Shown here: positions 19,345 through 29,460 of the stretch, in pieces
Numbering within the stretch: position 1 is the first letter of the stretch
Layout: every line of letters begins with the position of its first letter
Source: an uncultured virus (IMG/VR IMGVR_UViG_2568526354_000007)
Taxonomy: Duplodnaviria > Heunggongvirae > Uroviricota > Caudoviricetes
Length of the DNA stretch: 64,000 nt
IMG/VR virus record: IMGVR_UViG_2568526354_000007
Reading direction: 5' to 3' (one strand)
The notes under the pieces: generated by a model
The model's database searches: none
What the model saw: only the letters and a program-made list of their open reading frames with translations
Told to the model about the DNA's origin: nothing
Program-made: the position numbers and the translations under genes

Positions 19345-20292
19345 TTACTTTTTTTTTCGCGCCTCGATTTCTTCCTCTATGGCCTTCTGTGTAGTTTCCC
19401 ACTTTTGGATCAATGCAAGGGCACTCGCTTTCTTCTTCTCATCATCCCCGGCCTGTTCCAGTTTCGCCTTATTCTTTGAAAGGTTGGCGCGGGCGTTATT
19501 CAGTGCCTTTTGTATGTCGATATCCGAAAGGTTCTCGACGCCTTTACGGACGGACAAACTTTTTACCTTCTCACATTTACCCAGAATCTTTCCGTTTTCC
19601 CGGTAATATTCCAGTTCGTCCCACATCTCGCGGTTAGCGATGAAGTTTTCCACAACCGCCTGCGCTTCCTGTGCTGTAGAAAGTGAACTGACATCATCCG
19701 GCGTAGCTTCCAGGCGGGCGAAAGCCTCCTTATACTTCCCGTATGCGGTGAACATGTCGGAAACAAGTATTTTCAGAATGTCGGGACAATCCGGAGAGTT
19801 CAGGAAGGTAAATTTCTCGCGGAAACGTATCATTTTGGTTACGGTTTCCGGAGCTGCCTTATATCGTTTCTCCGCCTGATTCAGTTCCTCTTCCAGTTCT
19901 TCCACACGGTCGGCATTTTCATCCATGGAAAGAACCTTATCCCGGAAATCAGACGAAACGAGTTCTTCCACGCTGACGCCGAAAGATTCGGCAAGTTCCA
20001 GCAGCAAATCATCGCTGTATTTTACCGGCGTTTTGGATGTTTCCTCCCGGGCGGGTTCCATTTTTACCGCGGCCGGCTGTTTGGAGTTGCGCCGGATCGT
20101 CTTAAATTCACGTTCGGAAAGCCCGGCCAGCTTCCGTAGTTCCTCTAAAAGAATGGCCTTCATCGTTTCCGTTTCTCCTTGCCGGCGGAATGACTTTTTT
20201 AACATACGGTTGATACCGTATTTCTCGTACAGTTCCACGCCCTGGATAAAGTTACGCGGACCGGCCAGATAGATAATAATTTCCTGTTTCAT
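19345..20292 (-). CDS. Coiled-coil phage protein, probably extended by a -1 frameshift to 19175
   Basis: 315 aa from MKQEIII; ends CGA AAA AAA AAG TAA; the -1 frame stays open to 19175. Confidence 0.7.
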   Translation of the reverse strand: MKQEIIIYLAGPRNFIQGVELYEKYGINRMLKKSFRRQGETETMKAILLEELRKLAGLSEREFKTIRRNSKQPAAVKMEPAREETSKTPVKYSDDLLLELAESFGVSVEELVSSDFRDKVLSMDENADRVEELEEELNQAEKRYKAAPETVTKMIRFREKFTFLNSPDCPDILKILVSDMFTAYGKYKEAFARLEATPDDVSSLSTAQEAQAVVENFIANREMWDELEYYRENGKILGKCEKVKSLSVRKGVENLSDIDIQKALNNARANLSKNKAKLEQAGDDEKKKASALALIQKWETTQKAIEEEIEARKKK

Positions 20293-20313
20293 ACTATATA
20301 AAATTTGATGATA

Positions 20314-20349
20314 CAAAGGAAAAAAGGGGCAATTACCCCAAAAAGGACA
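20314..20349 (-). promoter_or_regulatory. Putative late promoter, copy 3
   Basis: TGTCC-N23-TTCCTTTG, preceded by a terminator hairpin at ~20349-20384. Confidence 0.65.
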
Positions 20350-20406
20350 AAGGGTGGCCGGGCATGTGCTACCGGTCACCCTTTGAATTACATGAAAGCC
20401 GTTTAC

Positions 20407-21213
20407 TTACGGTTCATAACGGCTCTGTTCAATCCATTTCAAAGGCTCCGAACCGTCGTTAAACGCCCGCAACGTCAGTTGGGCACCTTCGGAAGCGGTA
20501 AACGTCTTACCGTTTTTCAGAAGGAAATTACCGCCTTTTTCTACTGTTGGCGCAACACCCGAACATCCCATAAGGGTAATTACCGATCCATGGCTTCCAC
20601 CGGTAACACCGGCTATTTTAGCCTCGCCTGCGGAAAGCTGGTATTGCCCGTCTGTCTGGTAAGTTATATCCGTGGCTTTGGCCTCCACCACAGCCACCGG
20701 CTCTTCCAGGGTATCGGTACCTTGGTAAATGGCGATATCATCCCCCTTGCTGATCTGGGTGAAAGTAAGCTCGTTCGTATTCGATTCATTGGAACCGGTA
20801 TAAGAAACGGATAACTTACACGGATTACAGGGTGTTCCGATCAGATCGGCAGGCTTTCCGCTACAATAGCGGAGCACAACGATACATTTCTTGGTAAGCC
20901 AGTTTGTTTTAAACTCACGGATTTCCTGCTGGTTACCGGGATGATTGAACTTAATGGAAGGAGTATAACCTTCGGCATCGGTTTCCCCGTCGCTGTTGGA
21001 ACTGATTTCAGCGGTGCCGGGTGTCAGGTAAATGCCAATCGCATAACGTCCCTCCTTCATTACGATATCATCCTCAATAACCACCCCGGCCTCGTTTCTC
21101 TGCGGAAAAGAAAGAATATCGTCAACGTCGTAGATTACGAGCTGATCCTTGGGCTGAATACCATTACCCGGGTTGCCGGCCGGTCTTCTTACGCTTGCTT
21201 TTACGTATGTCAT
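20407..21213 (-). CDS. Virion structural protein (possible major tail/tube protein) with C-terminal beta domain
   Basis: 268 aa, beta-rich, directly after the capsid gene; C-terminal domain resembles the capsid C-terminal repeats. Confidence 0.5.
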   Translation of the reverse strand: MTYVKASVRRPAGNPGNGIQPKDQLVIYDVDDILSFPQRNEAGVVIEDDIVMKEGRYAIGIYLTPGTAEISSNSDGETDAEGYTPSIKFNHPGNQQEIREFKTNWLTKKCIVVLRYCSGKPADLIGTPCNPCKLSVSYTGSNESNTNELTFTQISKGDDIAIYQGTDTLEEPVAVVEAKATDITYQTDGQYQLSAGEAKIAGVTGGSHGSVITLMGCSGVAPTVEKGGNFLLKNGKTFTASEGAQLTLRAFNDGSEPLKWIEQSRYEP

Positions 21214-21272
21214 AACTTAATCATTTATAGGGTTATAAAATGGAAGGGATAAAGTATCTCTTCCAATGAAAT

Positions 21273-23480
21273 TTAGCCTCTTGCCACTTCGTAGAATTTG
21301 CCGTCAGCGGCTTTCGTCAGTTTGATGAACTTACCTTCGGAAAGCGTGATGCCAGCAGTCAGGACAAAATTTCCACTGTTGGGAATGGAAGTAGTATTTG
21401 CAGCATTGCTTCCGTAAATAGTGTAAACAATACCGGTTTCCGCACCGGTAAAGTTGGTGATTGTCGTCGCTTTTGTATTCTTACCGGTAACAAACACCTC
21501 ACCGTCAAGCAGGGAAGGTGTCGTTTCATCCGGAGCAAACTGCAACGCATCCGAAGAAGTGTTTTCACGGCCGATCTCGATAAATTTACCGTCGGTACGT
21601 TTCATCAGTTTAATCACATCCCCCTTACCCGGCTGCCAGGCAGCGGAAATAAGGTCAAATTTGCCGCTTTTATCAATCTTGACACCCTTATCCACGCTTC
21701 CGCATTTCAGGGAAATAACCGCACCTACCGGCGCGTCTGCAATATCGGTAATGGCAAATTCGGATGTATTGGCTACGGTAACAATGGAGGTATGAAGCTT
21801 GGCCGACGGGTTCTTGTCCTTGTCAGCGTCCACAAAGTAAGACGCCGGGCGGTCATACTCATTACAGAAGATCATCTGACGGTTATAGTCCATATCTTCC
21901 TTCTTGGTGTACTTGAATCCCACGGCAATAGCCCAGATACTTTCACGCCAGTTACTCCATACTTTCAGGCTCCAGTCTTCCTGCTCCAGGTTGAAAGCCG
22001 TCATTTCACCCGGCTTGTCCTCGTAGGTTTTAATGTTGCCTTCAAACGTCCAGAAGATACGGTGGTGGTTGTCAGCATTGGGAACCGGAATAATCTTCAC
22101 CGCCGGATATTCCTTTACATACATGATATTAGCCTTGTAATCCTGGTTCTGTCCGTAATGCAGTTCATTGTATTTATGATACAATACAATAAAGTGCGAA
22201 GGCATATAAAGTGCCAGGTTACCGCTGTCACGAAGAACCGCCGGGATCATGGAAGTACCCTTGTATACCTTTTCACCGATGTTTGCTTCGGTAAGTTCTC
22301 CCAGCTCGAACGGTTTGATCTGGTAAACGAACTTTCCGTTATTGATATCGGTATGTCCGTTCACTTTTTTATTCAGGAACTCATACAGGCCGTCAGCTGC
22401 AGCAAGTGCTTTGCCCGGTTCGTTCAGATTCGGGTCCTTACGGATTCCGTTAATACGGCGTTGCTCGCGCTCGTTATGCAACTTCTTGGCGGTTTCGGCC
22501 AGGATGTACTCGATAAAAGACCACTTGATAGGGTTTGAACCTTCCTTGTTCAAAGTGCCAATCCATGTTTTCTCCAGGGCTTTTAAATTTTTGAAACGGT
22601 GTGCAAACATCACGTTGAACATGCGCAGGGTTTCATCGTCGAACTCGTAGGAACCTTTAGTCACCTTATCGAAATCGGATTCCTCATTACCGGCCTGTGA
22701 GAACTCGCCCAGCCAGATATTAACCAGCGTAGCCAAATCCTGATAACCGGATTCAAGCGGGAAAATACTTTCAATGGAAGGAAGTTCCATTAAAAACGAC
22801 TGCAAACGCTGTTGCCAGGGAATACGGTAAAAGGCCCCGAGGTCCTCCTTCAAACGGCTGTAGTCAATCGAACTGGCTTTTGGAAGAGCGATCATTTCAA
22901 AACCGGCAGCCTCCATTAACGCAGCTTTGGCACGAAGGTTATACGGGCGGTCCAGTGAGAACATTTCACCCTGCAAGCCTCCCAGCTGCTTTTCGTCTTG
23001 GAGATTGAATTTCCCCTTACCGTCTGCCTGGGCGTTGTGCTGCTTCCCTTTGCCCGGATCATCTTCCGCAGCAGCCGAAAGTTGAGCGATAATACCGGAT
23101 AGCTTCGTTATCTCGGCATCCTTCTTGGCAATCAGCGAGGTATTGTTCCGGTTTTCGTCACGCTGTTGCGTCTGCAAGGCTTCAAGCTGTTCCTGTGCCT
23201 GTGCCAGACGGGCCGCAGTATCACCCAACAAACCGCGAAGGAAAGCGGTAGTGGTAGGTTCTTCGTTTCCCTCTCCCTCATTCCCGGTTCCGGCTTCGTC
23301 CTGGAAGTCGTTCTCGAGGGATGCTTTAAAGTCCGTGAGGAACTTATCAGAAAAACCGTAATTTTTCAGTTTTGTCATTTCCTCGGCCGTGATAGAGTTC
23401 TTATCCTCTACCTTGCTCCATTCCGACAGGCCCAACACGCCCAGAATGACAGCGGATAAACTCTTAAAATCCAATTTCAT
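21273..23480 (-). CDS. Major capsid protein with N-terminal scaffold-like region and two C-terminal extra domains
   Basis: 735 aa after the prohead protease; coiled-coil N-terminus; core with ...INGIRK...ADGL; duplicated C-terminal ...DGKF[IY]E[IV]xR domain. Confidence 0.7.
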   Translation of the reverse strand: MKLDFKSLSAVILGVLGLSEWSKVEDKNSITAEEMTKLKNYGFSDKFLTDFKASLENDFQDEAGTGNEGEGNEEPTTTAFLRGLLGDTAARLAQAQEQLEALQTQQRDENRNNTSLIAKKDAEITKLSGIIAQLSAAAEDDPGKGKQHNAQADGKGKFNLQDEKQLGGLQGEMFSLDRPYNLRAKAALMEAAGFEMIALPKASSIDYSRLKEDLGAFYRIPWQQRLQSFLMELPSIESIFPLESGYQDLATLVNIWLGEFSQAGNEESDFDKVTKGSYEFDDETLRMFNVMFAHRFKNLKALEKTWIGTLNKEGSNPIKWSFIEYILAETAKKLHNEREQRRINGIRKDPNLNEPGKALAAADGLYEFLNKKVNGHTDINNGKFVYQIKPFELGELTEANIGEKVYKGTSMIPAVLRDSGNLALYMPSHFIVLYHKYNELHYGQNQDYKANIMYVKEYPAVKIIPVPNADNHHRIFWTFEGNIKTYEDKPGEMTAFNLEQEDWSLKVWSNWRESIWAIAVGFKYTKKEDMDYNRQMIFCNEYDRPASYFVDADKDKNPSAKLHTSIVTVANTSEFAITDIADAPVGAVISLKCGSVDKGVKIDKSGKFDLISAAWQPGKGDVIKLMKRTDGKFIEIGRENTSSDALQFAPDETTPSLLDGEVFVTGKNTKATTITNFTGAETGIVYTIYGSNAANTTSIPNSGNFVLTAGITLSEGKFIKLTKAADGKFYEVARG

Positions 23481-23504
23481 ATATACAAAATTTTAAAGTT
23501 AATA

Positions 23505-24371
23505 CTATATGTTATACATCTCATTTACTTTTCTGACGGTAGCCTGTGCCAGCACCCACTTTACAGCGTCTTCCAGCGTACCGAACTGATCGATATAACC
23601 GTTTGCCACGGCTACGTCCCCGGTGAATATCTGTCCCCGGAAAAGGGGAAGTTCCGGATCGTAGGCAATACCCAGATTCCGACTGATCGCATCGCAGAAA
23701 ATACGGTGCATGACCGCCAGACGTTGCTTTATAGGTTCTTCGTTGTTGTCATCTTCAATCGCGCGGGTTTCATAGTTTTTCAGATCGGCACTATCCGGAT
23801 AGATTTCCCGGTAATCAATGCCCTGTTTCTTGAAATAGTTCTTAAAGGATTGGTAAGTAAGCATGATACCGACGGAACCGACTTCACACATAGGGGAAGC
23901 GATAAAGGTTCTGCCGGCGGCGGTTCCCAGCCAGAAATGGGCACTACCCATGGTACCGGCCACGTAGGTAGCTATAGGTTTGGAAGATTCGGCGATCATT
24001 TTAGCTGCCAGGTCCACATGCGCAACCATGCCGCCCGGACCGTTGATCCACAGGACCGCGCCGCAAATCTTAGGATTATCGGAAATATCACGGAGCTGCT
24101 TTTCCAGGCGGTAAGTCTCCCAGGAATACAAGGTACCTTCCAGGATTATGACGGCCACGCTGTCAACAGGCAGGGTGTCGTCGTCCAATTCCCACCGGTC
24201 AGCAAGGTAAGGCGTAGTGGCGTAGGCGGTTATTTTATTATTGTCGAGCCGTTTTTCGATCGCATCCAGGTTGCCGGCTGCAACACACGGCACAAGTAAA
24301 GAAAGCAACCGGTAATAATCATTATCAGCGATTGCCCAAGGGGCTGTAAAAATCTCCTGTATTTTGTCCAC
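23505..24371 (-). CDS. S49-family prohead protease
   Basis: INGPGG, MGSAHFW, VGSVG, GQIFTG...GYIDQFGTLEDA motifs; GTG start. Confidence 0.88.
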   Translation of the reverse strand: MDKIQEIFTAPWAIADNDYYRLLSLLVPCVAAGNLDAIEKRLDNNKITAYATTPYLADRWELDDDTLPVDSVAVIILEGTLYSWETYRLEKQLRDISDNPKICGAVLWINGPGGMVAHVDLAAKMIAESSKPIATYVAGTMGSAHFWLGTAAGRTFIASPMCEVGSVGIMLTYQSFKNYFKKQGIDYREIYPDSADLKNYETRAIEDDNNEEPIKQRLAVMHRIFCDAISRNLGIAYDPELPLFRGQIFTGDVAVANGYIDQFGTLEDAVKWVLAQATVRKVNEMYNI

Positions 24372-24388
24372 GTTCTCTTTTTTTACGA

Positions 24389-24424
24389 CAAAGAAAACAC
24401 CTATATGAAAGGCGAAGAAGGACT
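24389..24424 (-). promoter_or_regulatory. Putative late promoter, copy 4
   Basis: AGTCC-N23-TTTCTTTG upstream of the protease/capsid operon. Confidence 0.65.
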
Positions 24425-24434
24425 GAAAGAGAGC

Positions 24435-24836
24435 CTAAAGGAACGCATCAACGTCCGGACCAGTACCGGACAGGGTGCAGTCATAAAGGCCACTGCCGAT
24501 CTCAAAAGAAAAGGCAAGCGGATAATCGGGGGAGCCGGAAACACGGGTATTACCGGTTTCGTCAGTATAGAGAGCGACAAAGGGTATCGCTTGCAGATTT
24601 GCCAGGTAAAGCGTCTTACTTTGCGACACGCCGGCAAGTTTGAAGGTATGTTTTTTAGTATAGACGTCTTCGTTTCTGGTGTCACCCGGCTTTAAAGTTC
24701 CCGGTACGATCATAAGAATATCAGGTTTGCCGATAGAGCGGAGAACAGCTTTCGAACGCACCACGCCGAAATGAATAATGTTGTAAACGGGAACCAGTTG
24801 CAGACTATGCGCAGCGGATATTAACTTTTTTGACAT
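24435..24836 (-). CDS. Hypothetical phage protein
   Basis: 133-aa ORF co-oriented with its neighbours. Confidence 0.65.
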   Translation of the reverse strand: MSKKLISAAHSLQLVPVYNIIHFGVVRSKAVLRSIGKPDILMIVPGTLKPGDTRNEDVYTKKHTFKLAGVSQSKTLYLANLQAIPFVALYTDETGNTRVSGSPDYPLAFSFEIGSGLYDCTLSGTGPDVDAFL

Positions 24837-24956
24837 AATTACAGATATAAAGTATTGATAATCAAATATTCAGCATTTTTCAGACGTTTTTCAGCCAAAA
24901 ACCGGACAAAAAAGGACAAACAGATACAATTGGTAGGTAAAAAATAACTTGCTTTT

Positions 24957-25445
24957 TTACACTTTTTTTCGGTTATAGGCCCTTTTTTTCTTGCGCCTGA
25001 AACTGTCCCGCCACCGCTGGTAGTTTTTCAGCAACCCGTCTTCCTGAATGGAAGAGATATCATACTTTTTCAGGAAGGTGAAAACGGTTTCTTTAAACTC
25101 GATTCCGCGCAGGTGCTTGTTTTCGTCCATGAGTTCGTGCAGCTCGGCCCACATCAGGGCACGCAGACGCTTTTCAAGAATGGCGGTACCGCGTACGGAA
25201 ATGTAATTGAACTGTTCCGGAGACTTGCCGCCGGCAAAATTGGCCTCCCGGCGGTCAGGCAGCATAAACTCCAGGTTGCCACGGTCAGCCGGACAATTTA
25301 CCGGCCGTTTCTCCATGAGATCGTAAACGGTCACATAGATATCGGACGAGGAAGGAAAACGGACGGTACCGACCGTTTCGTCGTAATATTTGCCCCGGAC
25401 GTATTCGGCCAGGTAGGATTCAATCTGTATTCGGGTGGTAATCAT
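24957..25445 (-). CDS. Conserved phage protein, candidate late transcription regulator
   Basis: 162 aa from MITTRIQ; basic helical C-terminus (EDGLLKNYQRWR); lies between the replication and head modules. Function inferred from position only. Confidence 0.5.
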   Translation of the reverse strand: MITTRIQIESYLAEYVRGKYYDETVGTVRFPSSSDIYVTVYDLMEKRPVNCPADRGNLEFMLPDRREANFAGGKSPEQFNYISVRGTAILEKRLRALMWAELHELMDENKHLRGIEFKETVFTFLKKYDISSIQEDGLLKNYQRWRDSFRRKKKRAYNRKKV

Positions 25446-25639
25446 AGCAATAACATTCCTTTTTAAAGGCAAAGATATTCCTTTATGGACTGTTGTTCTG
25501 CCATTTACGGGAAAATGTAGGCTTTCGACCGCCATTTTGATAAATATACTCCGGGAGAATAATTATAATACACTTTTTTCCTGCTGCCACACGCCCGGCA
25601 TTTTCTCCGCCGGGCTGTGCTGATATAATCCGGTACTAA

Positions 25640-25915
25640 ATTTTTGTAATTTCGTAACCGGGCAACCGGAAAAGATAAATTACTGTATCTTAGCAACTTA
25701 GCAACGTTACTAATTTCCGTTACAAAAAAATGGCCGGAAAACAGTTTGTAACCGGGCTTACCGGTAGAAGATAAAAAGGCCGGTGTTACAAACCGGAAAA
25801 GTTTGTAACTGTTTTGTAACTGCAACTTCGTAACCTCTATTTCCTATTTATTCATTTGATTTTCAGACTTTTTTCTTTCAAACAAACAAAGGTTACAAGG
25901 TTACTAAAATTTTGT
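25640..25915. repeat. Iteron-like cluster, putative replication origin
   Basis: About ten GTTAC(A/T/G)AA / TT(T/C)GTAAC copies in both orientations, downstream of the primase-helicase gene. Confidence 0.65.
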
Positions 25916-26040
25916 ATGAAATAGAGGTGGGGTATGGGGAGGGAAGCCGGGCAGGACGCATCTGTTTCCATACGAAAAGAGGGGCCGACACTTTCGTATC
26001 TGGTCCCTCTTTTCGTATTTTATACCGGCTACGGTCCGCC

Positions 26041-26355
26041 TTATACGCGATGTTTGCACCTGCTTAAAATCCATTTCTTAACATCCGGGTCCACATGGCG
26101 GTGCACGACGGCCGTATAGTCTTCGTTAAATTCATACTCCAGGGAATTGTCACCTTCCAGGATAAAAACACAGGCCGTTTTGATGATCCATTCAAGCTGC
26201 TCGCCAGAATAGCGTTCCAGCATCAGGACGGTACCTGGTTTCATACGTTCCAGATAGCGGTAAACCTGTTCGGCGAAAGTCCGGAACCTCTCGCCGCTGT
26301 TCCAGAGCGCGGTAAACTCGGACATGCTGTTTAATTTCAAATGCGCGTTATTCAT
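26041..26355 (-). CDS. Hypothetical protein coupled to the primase gene
   Basis: 104 aa; ATGA overlap; terminator hairpin at ~25972-26016. Confidence 0.7.
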   Translation of the reverse strand: MNNAHLKLNSMSEFTALWNSGERFRTFAEQVYRYLERMKPGTVLMLERYSGEQLEWIIKTACVFILEGDNSLEYEFNEDYTAVVHRHVDPDVKKWILSRCKHRV

Positions 26356-29255
26356 TCATCCGGTCGTTCATCAGGTACAAACATGAGTGTCGGATCGGCC
26401 GGTTCCGTTCCACCACCGGCAGCCGTTTCCGCCGTGCCGCATGAACGCAGATAGATCATGTCGGCGGCCTTGCCGTCGTTATCCTTGCGTACGATACGTC
26501 CCTGGGAGTTACAAAGGTCCTTCGGGTTGAGTTCGTCAATGTAAGGGCAAAGGGCCACAAAGCCTTTGAGGGCCTTTGTAAAACGCTGCATCGTGATTTT
26601 ATTCACACCGGAAAAGCTTTTGTAATCGGCGAAGGCCTTTTCACGGACGATAAAGCTGTCCAGGTGATCGCTGTCCGGAGAGAAATAAGAGTTCGCCCAG
26701 TCCTCAAAGTTATTACCCATATCGGCCTTGTATTTACGCCTGATAATGTTTTCCATGGGCGGAAGCAATTTTATAGATTCCTCGCAAAGGGAAAGGTAAA
26801 AACGGCAGCACTGCAAGAAGAAATTTATATCGGCGTTCCACTCGTTCTCGGAATACGTCTTGGAAAACAAATCCTTACCGAAATCGTCCCGGATAGAACG
26901 CGTTTCCCGGTAGTCGTTATCTTCCGTACGCTGGTGGTAGTAGTCGGAGAATACCAGGTACAGCAAACGGGCTTCCGTAGACGGGTCAAAATCAATAGGA
27001 ACATAATTAGTTGTAAATCCCAGCTTGGCCGATTCCTCGAAAGGTATAGTAAACGACTGGTTGTTCTTCGGGTTCACGGTCATATCTGACGTGATGATAT
27101 CGTAAAACAGGCCCGTATTAAGATACCGGTCGCAATCATCCACCAGGATAAAGTCGGTATGCTGGTTTACCTGGTCGAACACATGCGGGTTATCCATTAA
27201 CTTGGGATTACGGCCGGAAAGCTTGACAGTCTTCATAAAGTAGGAAAGGGCTTTGAACATGAATGATTTGCCCGAACGCCCGTTACATTCACCGTCTTCA
27301 CCGATCTTGTTATCCATGGCCTGTGGTGCCCAGGCACGCGAAGGGGATTTATAACGGTGCAACATATAACCGATAGTAAAGATCTTGTTGATAAGGTTCC
27401 TTTTCTGCTCGGCCACTTCTTCCGCCGTGAGACCTTCCCCCTCGATATCGAATTTATGTTTTTCCCGGTAGGATTCCGCTTCCCCCACGCTCTTTTCGTC
27501 GAAATTATATTCCAGTTCCTTACGCCAGTAAACGCGGCTCGAATTGATTACATAGCCGAAAAAGTTAGAAGGGACGGCATTTATCCGGATATCAAAAACA
27601 TCGTTGCCCTCTATGTCTTTTTTACGGGAAATAGTAAACATGTCGTCCATAAGACGGACTTTGTGTTTCAGTACGTTTTCTTCCCAAACGTAGTGGGACA
27701 ATGTGCTGCCGTTGGCCGGATGCTCTTTTATACCGGTACCGCTTACTTCCATGCTGCAACCGGGAAAGAAGAACATCTGCGTATTATGGGTATAATTGGT
27801 AAAGTCCAGTTCTATTTCCTGCAAATTGTCCAGGGCCGTATCTGACAGCTTGGGACTGTTCAAAATTAAGTTTCTGATATCGCGGGATAAAAAACTGTCC
27901 TGGGCCCAACTGCGGATAAACTTCCGGATATCCTTTGCCTTGATCAGTTTTACGATATTGCCGGTAATACGGATGTATTTCGTTGAACTGGAATTTTCAT
28001 CATGAAGCGAATAGAAACCGTTAAGACGCAAAAAGTAGTGAAGGCAGTCCGCATCTATGTTGTGATCCCATTGTCGGGATTTCTCGTTAAACTTAGAATA
28101 CCAGAATTTGGCCGGCATGGCAAGCGTCATAAGGTTACGGAAATCCTCGTTCTTGCTTCTTAATTCCATGAAATCCCGGAAGTCCTTACGGGGTTTGCCC
28201 CGCTGGTCCCGGTAAGTGGTAAGCCAGGCCGGTAGCCAGATCGTGTGGATATCAATGAAACGCAGTGCAAGTTCCGTACCCTTCACCCTGCCCGTCGTGT
28301 CGATATCGGGTATGTTATACAGGATTTCAACGTATTTCATGATCTCCTTGTAGTCCTGTTCGGAAAGTTTATACGTTTCCGAATTAAACCAGATCGGGGA
28401 AAAGCCCAGCGACTTGACACACAGGGCGTCGCGCTCTCCGGAACAGATAAACGCCTCCTGCAGCTTCTGCTCCTTATAAGGCTTTTCTGCATTGGCCGGA
28501 TTCTTTTTAAATGCGGCTTCTTCCCTGGAATTAAATTCCCGGTATAAGGCCTTCAGTTCGGAAAGACCGTTTATATAGTCCCTCGGCTTGACACCTTCCG
28601 GGGTGTAGGAAAAACGCCACTGTTTGTCCGGATTCAGAGGCTCGTATATTTTATAGAACTTCACTTCGGGCGTGTCGCCTTCGGCCGGTTTTACCAGACA
28701 TTCGCGCATAAAGATAGGGTATGTCGCAGTCGCGTATTTATAGGTTACCTCGCGATTCTTTACATACCATATATATTTGGCCGAATACCAGTGCAGGGCC
28801 TCGGCGTTCTCCTGGGTGACACGGGGGCCGAGTATGCGTAACTGATCCGGGGCGAGATGATCGGCAAGCTCGAAAATTTTAGTACCGTCTTTCTGATCTT
28901 GGGAGGCCGGAACCTTACGGATGTCCGGCTTGTTTACGTTACGGTTGAGTTCGTCGGTTACGTTGTACATGGATGCAAGTTTAAGAATAGCCTCGTTAAA
29001 CCGGAGGCCTTCCTCATACATGCAGATATCGACGGGGCTTTGAGCCGTTCCGGTATCGCCGAAATCCGTTACCTTATAAACCTGCTGGGAACCTTCCTTT
29101 CCGAACAATTTGATACAGGCCGACGCATCGTCCTCTGACGGCCGGCGTTTGAAATGGCGGTTGGTTCCGACACAATCCCGGGCTTGCGGATAATAATGTA
29201 GAATTATATCCAGCCCGTTGTTGGTTACTTTGTAGATGTCTTCTGCCTTTATCAT
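26352..29255 (-). CDS. DNA primase-helicase
   Basis: 967 aa; Toprim-like ICSGERDAL...PDIDTTG; P-loop NGRSGKS; Walker B ILVDD; GFTTN. Confidence 0.85.
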   Translation of the reverse strand: MIKAEDIYKVTNNGLDIILHYYPQARDCVGTNRHFKRRPSEDDASACIKLFGKEGSQQVYKVTDFGDTGTAQSPVDICMYEEGLRFNEAILKLASMYNVTDELNRNVNKPDIRKVPASQDQKDGTKIFELADHLAPDQLRILGPRVTQENAEALHWYSAKYIWYVKNREVTYKYATATYPIFMRECLVKPAEGDTPEVKFYKIYEPLNPDKQWRFSYTPEGVKPRDYINGLSELKALYREFNSREEAAFKKNPANAEKPYKEQKLQEAFICSGERDALCVKSLGFSPIWFNSETYKLSEQDYKEIMKYVEILYNIPDIDTTGRVKGTELALRFIDIHTIWLPAWLTTYRDQRGKPRKDFRDFMELRSKNEDFRNLMTLAMPAKFWYSKFNEKSRQWDHNIDADCLHYFLRLNGFYSLHDENSSSTKYIRITGNIVKLIKAKDIRKFIRSWAQDSFLSRDIRNLILNSPKLSDTALDNLQEIELDFTNYTHNTQMFFFPGCSMEVSGTGIKEHPANGSTLSHYVWEENVLKHKVRLMDDMFTISRKKDIEGNDVFDIRINAVPSNFFGYVINSSRVYWRKELEYNFDEKSVGEAESYREKHKFDIEGEGLTAEEVAEQKRNLINKIFTIGYMLHRYKSPSRAWAPQAMDNKIGEDGECNGRSGKSFMFKALSYFMKTVKLSGRNPKLMDNPHVFDQVNQHTDFILVDDCDRYLNTGLFYDIITSDMTVNPKNNQSFTIPFEESAKLGFTTNYVPIDFDPSTEARLLYLVFSDYYHQRTEDNDYRETRSIRDDFGKDLFSKTYSENEWNADINFFLQCCRFYLSLCEESIKLLPPMENIIRRKYKADMGNNFEDWANSYFSPDSDHLDSFIVREKAFADYKSFSGVNKITMQRFTKALKGFVALCPYIDELNPKDLCNSQGRIVRKDNDGKAADMIYLRSCGTAETAAGGGTEPADPTLMFVPDERPDE

Positions 29256-29277
29256 CGTTATAAAGTTACATAGTTAC

Positions 29278-29460
29278 TTATTCTTCGTTGTTTTTCTCCT
29301 GTTTTGTTTTCAAGTCTCCCCAAGGTTGATACAGGAAAACGAATAATAACAGCCAAAGAAAAGCGATTTTACCCGTATAATAAATGACAAAGGCAATCAG
29401 TCCCATAAAGGCAACCACGATAATAGCGTGGGCGATGTATTTTAAATTTTTATCTTTCAT
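29278..29460 (-). CDS. Small two-TM protein
   Basis: 60 aa, hydrophobic. Confidence 0.55.
   Translation of the reverse strand: MKDKNLKYIAHAIIVVAFMGLIAFVIYYTGKIAFLWLLLFVFLYQPWGDLKTKQEKNNEE

Noticed and set aside
24901..24925. Extra TGTCC late-promoter copies (two GGACA)
   Set aside because: Neither has the TTTG-ending octamer at the 23-nt spacing.
25505..25825. 106-aa minus-strand ORF
   Set aside because: Overlaps the iteron cluster, has a non-ATG start and no protein features.
25640..25915. CRISPR-like array
   Set aside because: Repeats are ~8 bp, irregularly spaced and in both orientations; they fit iterons better. No cas genes.
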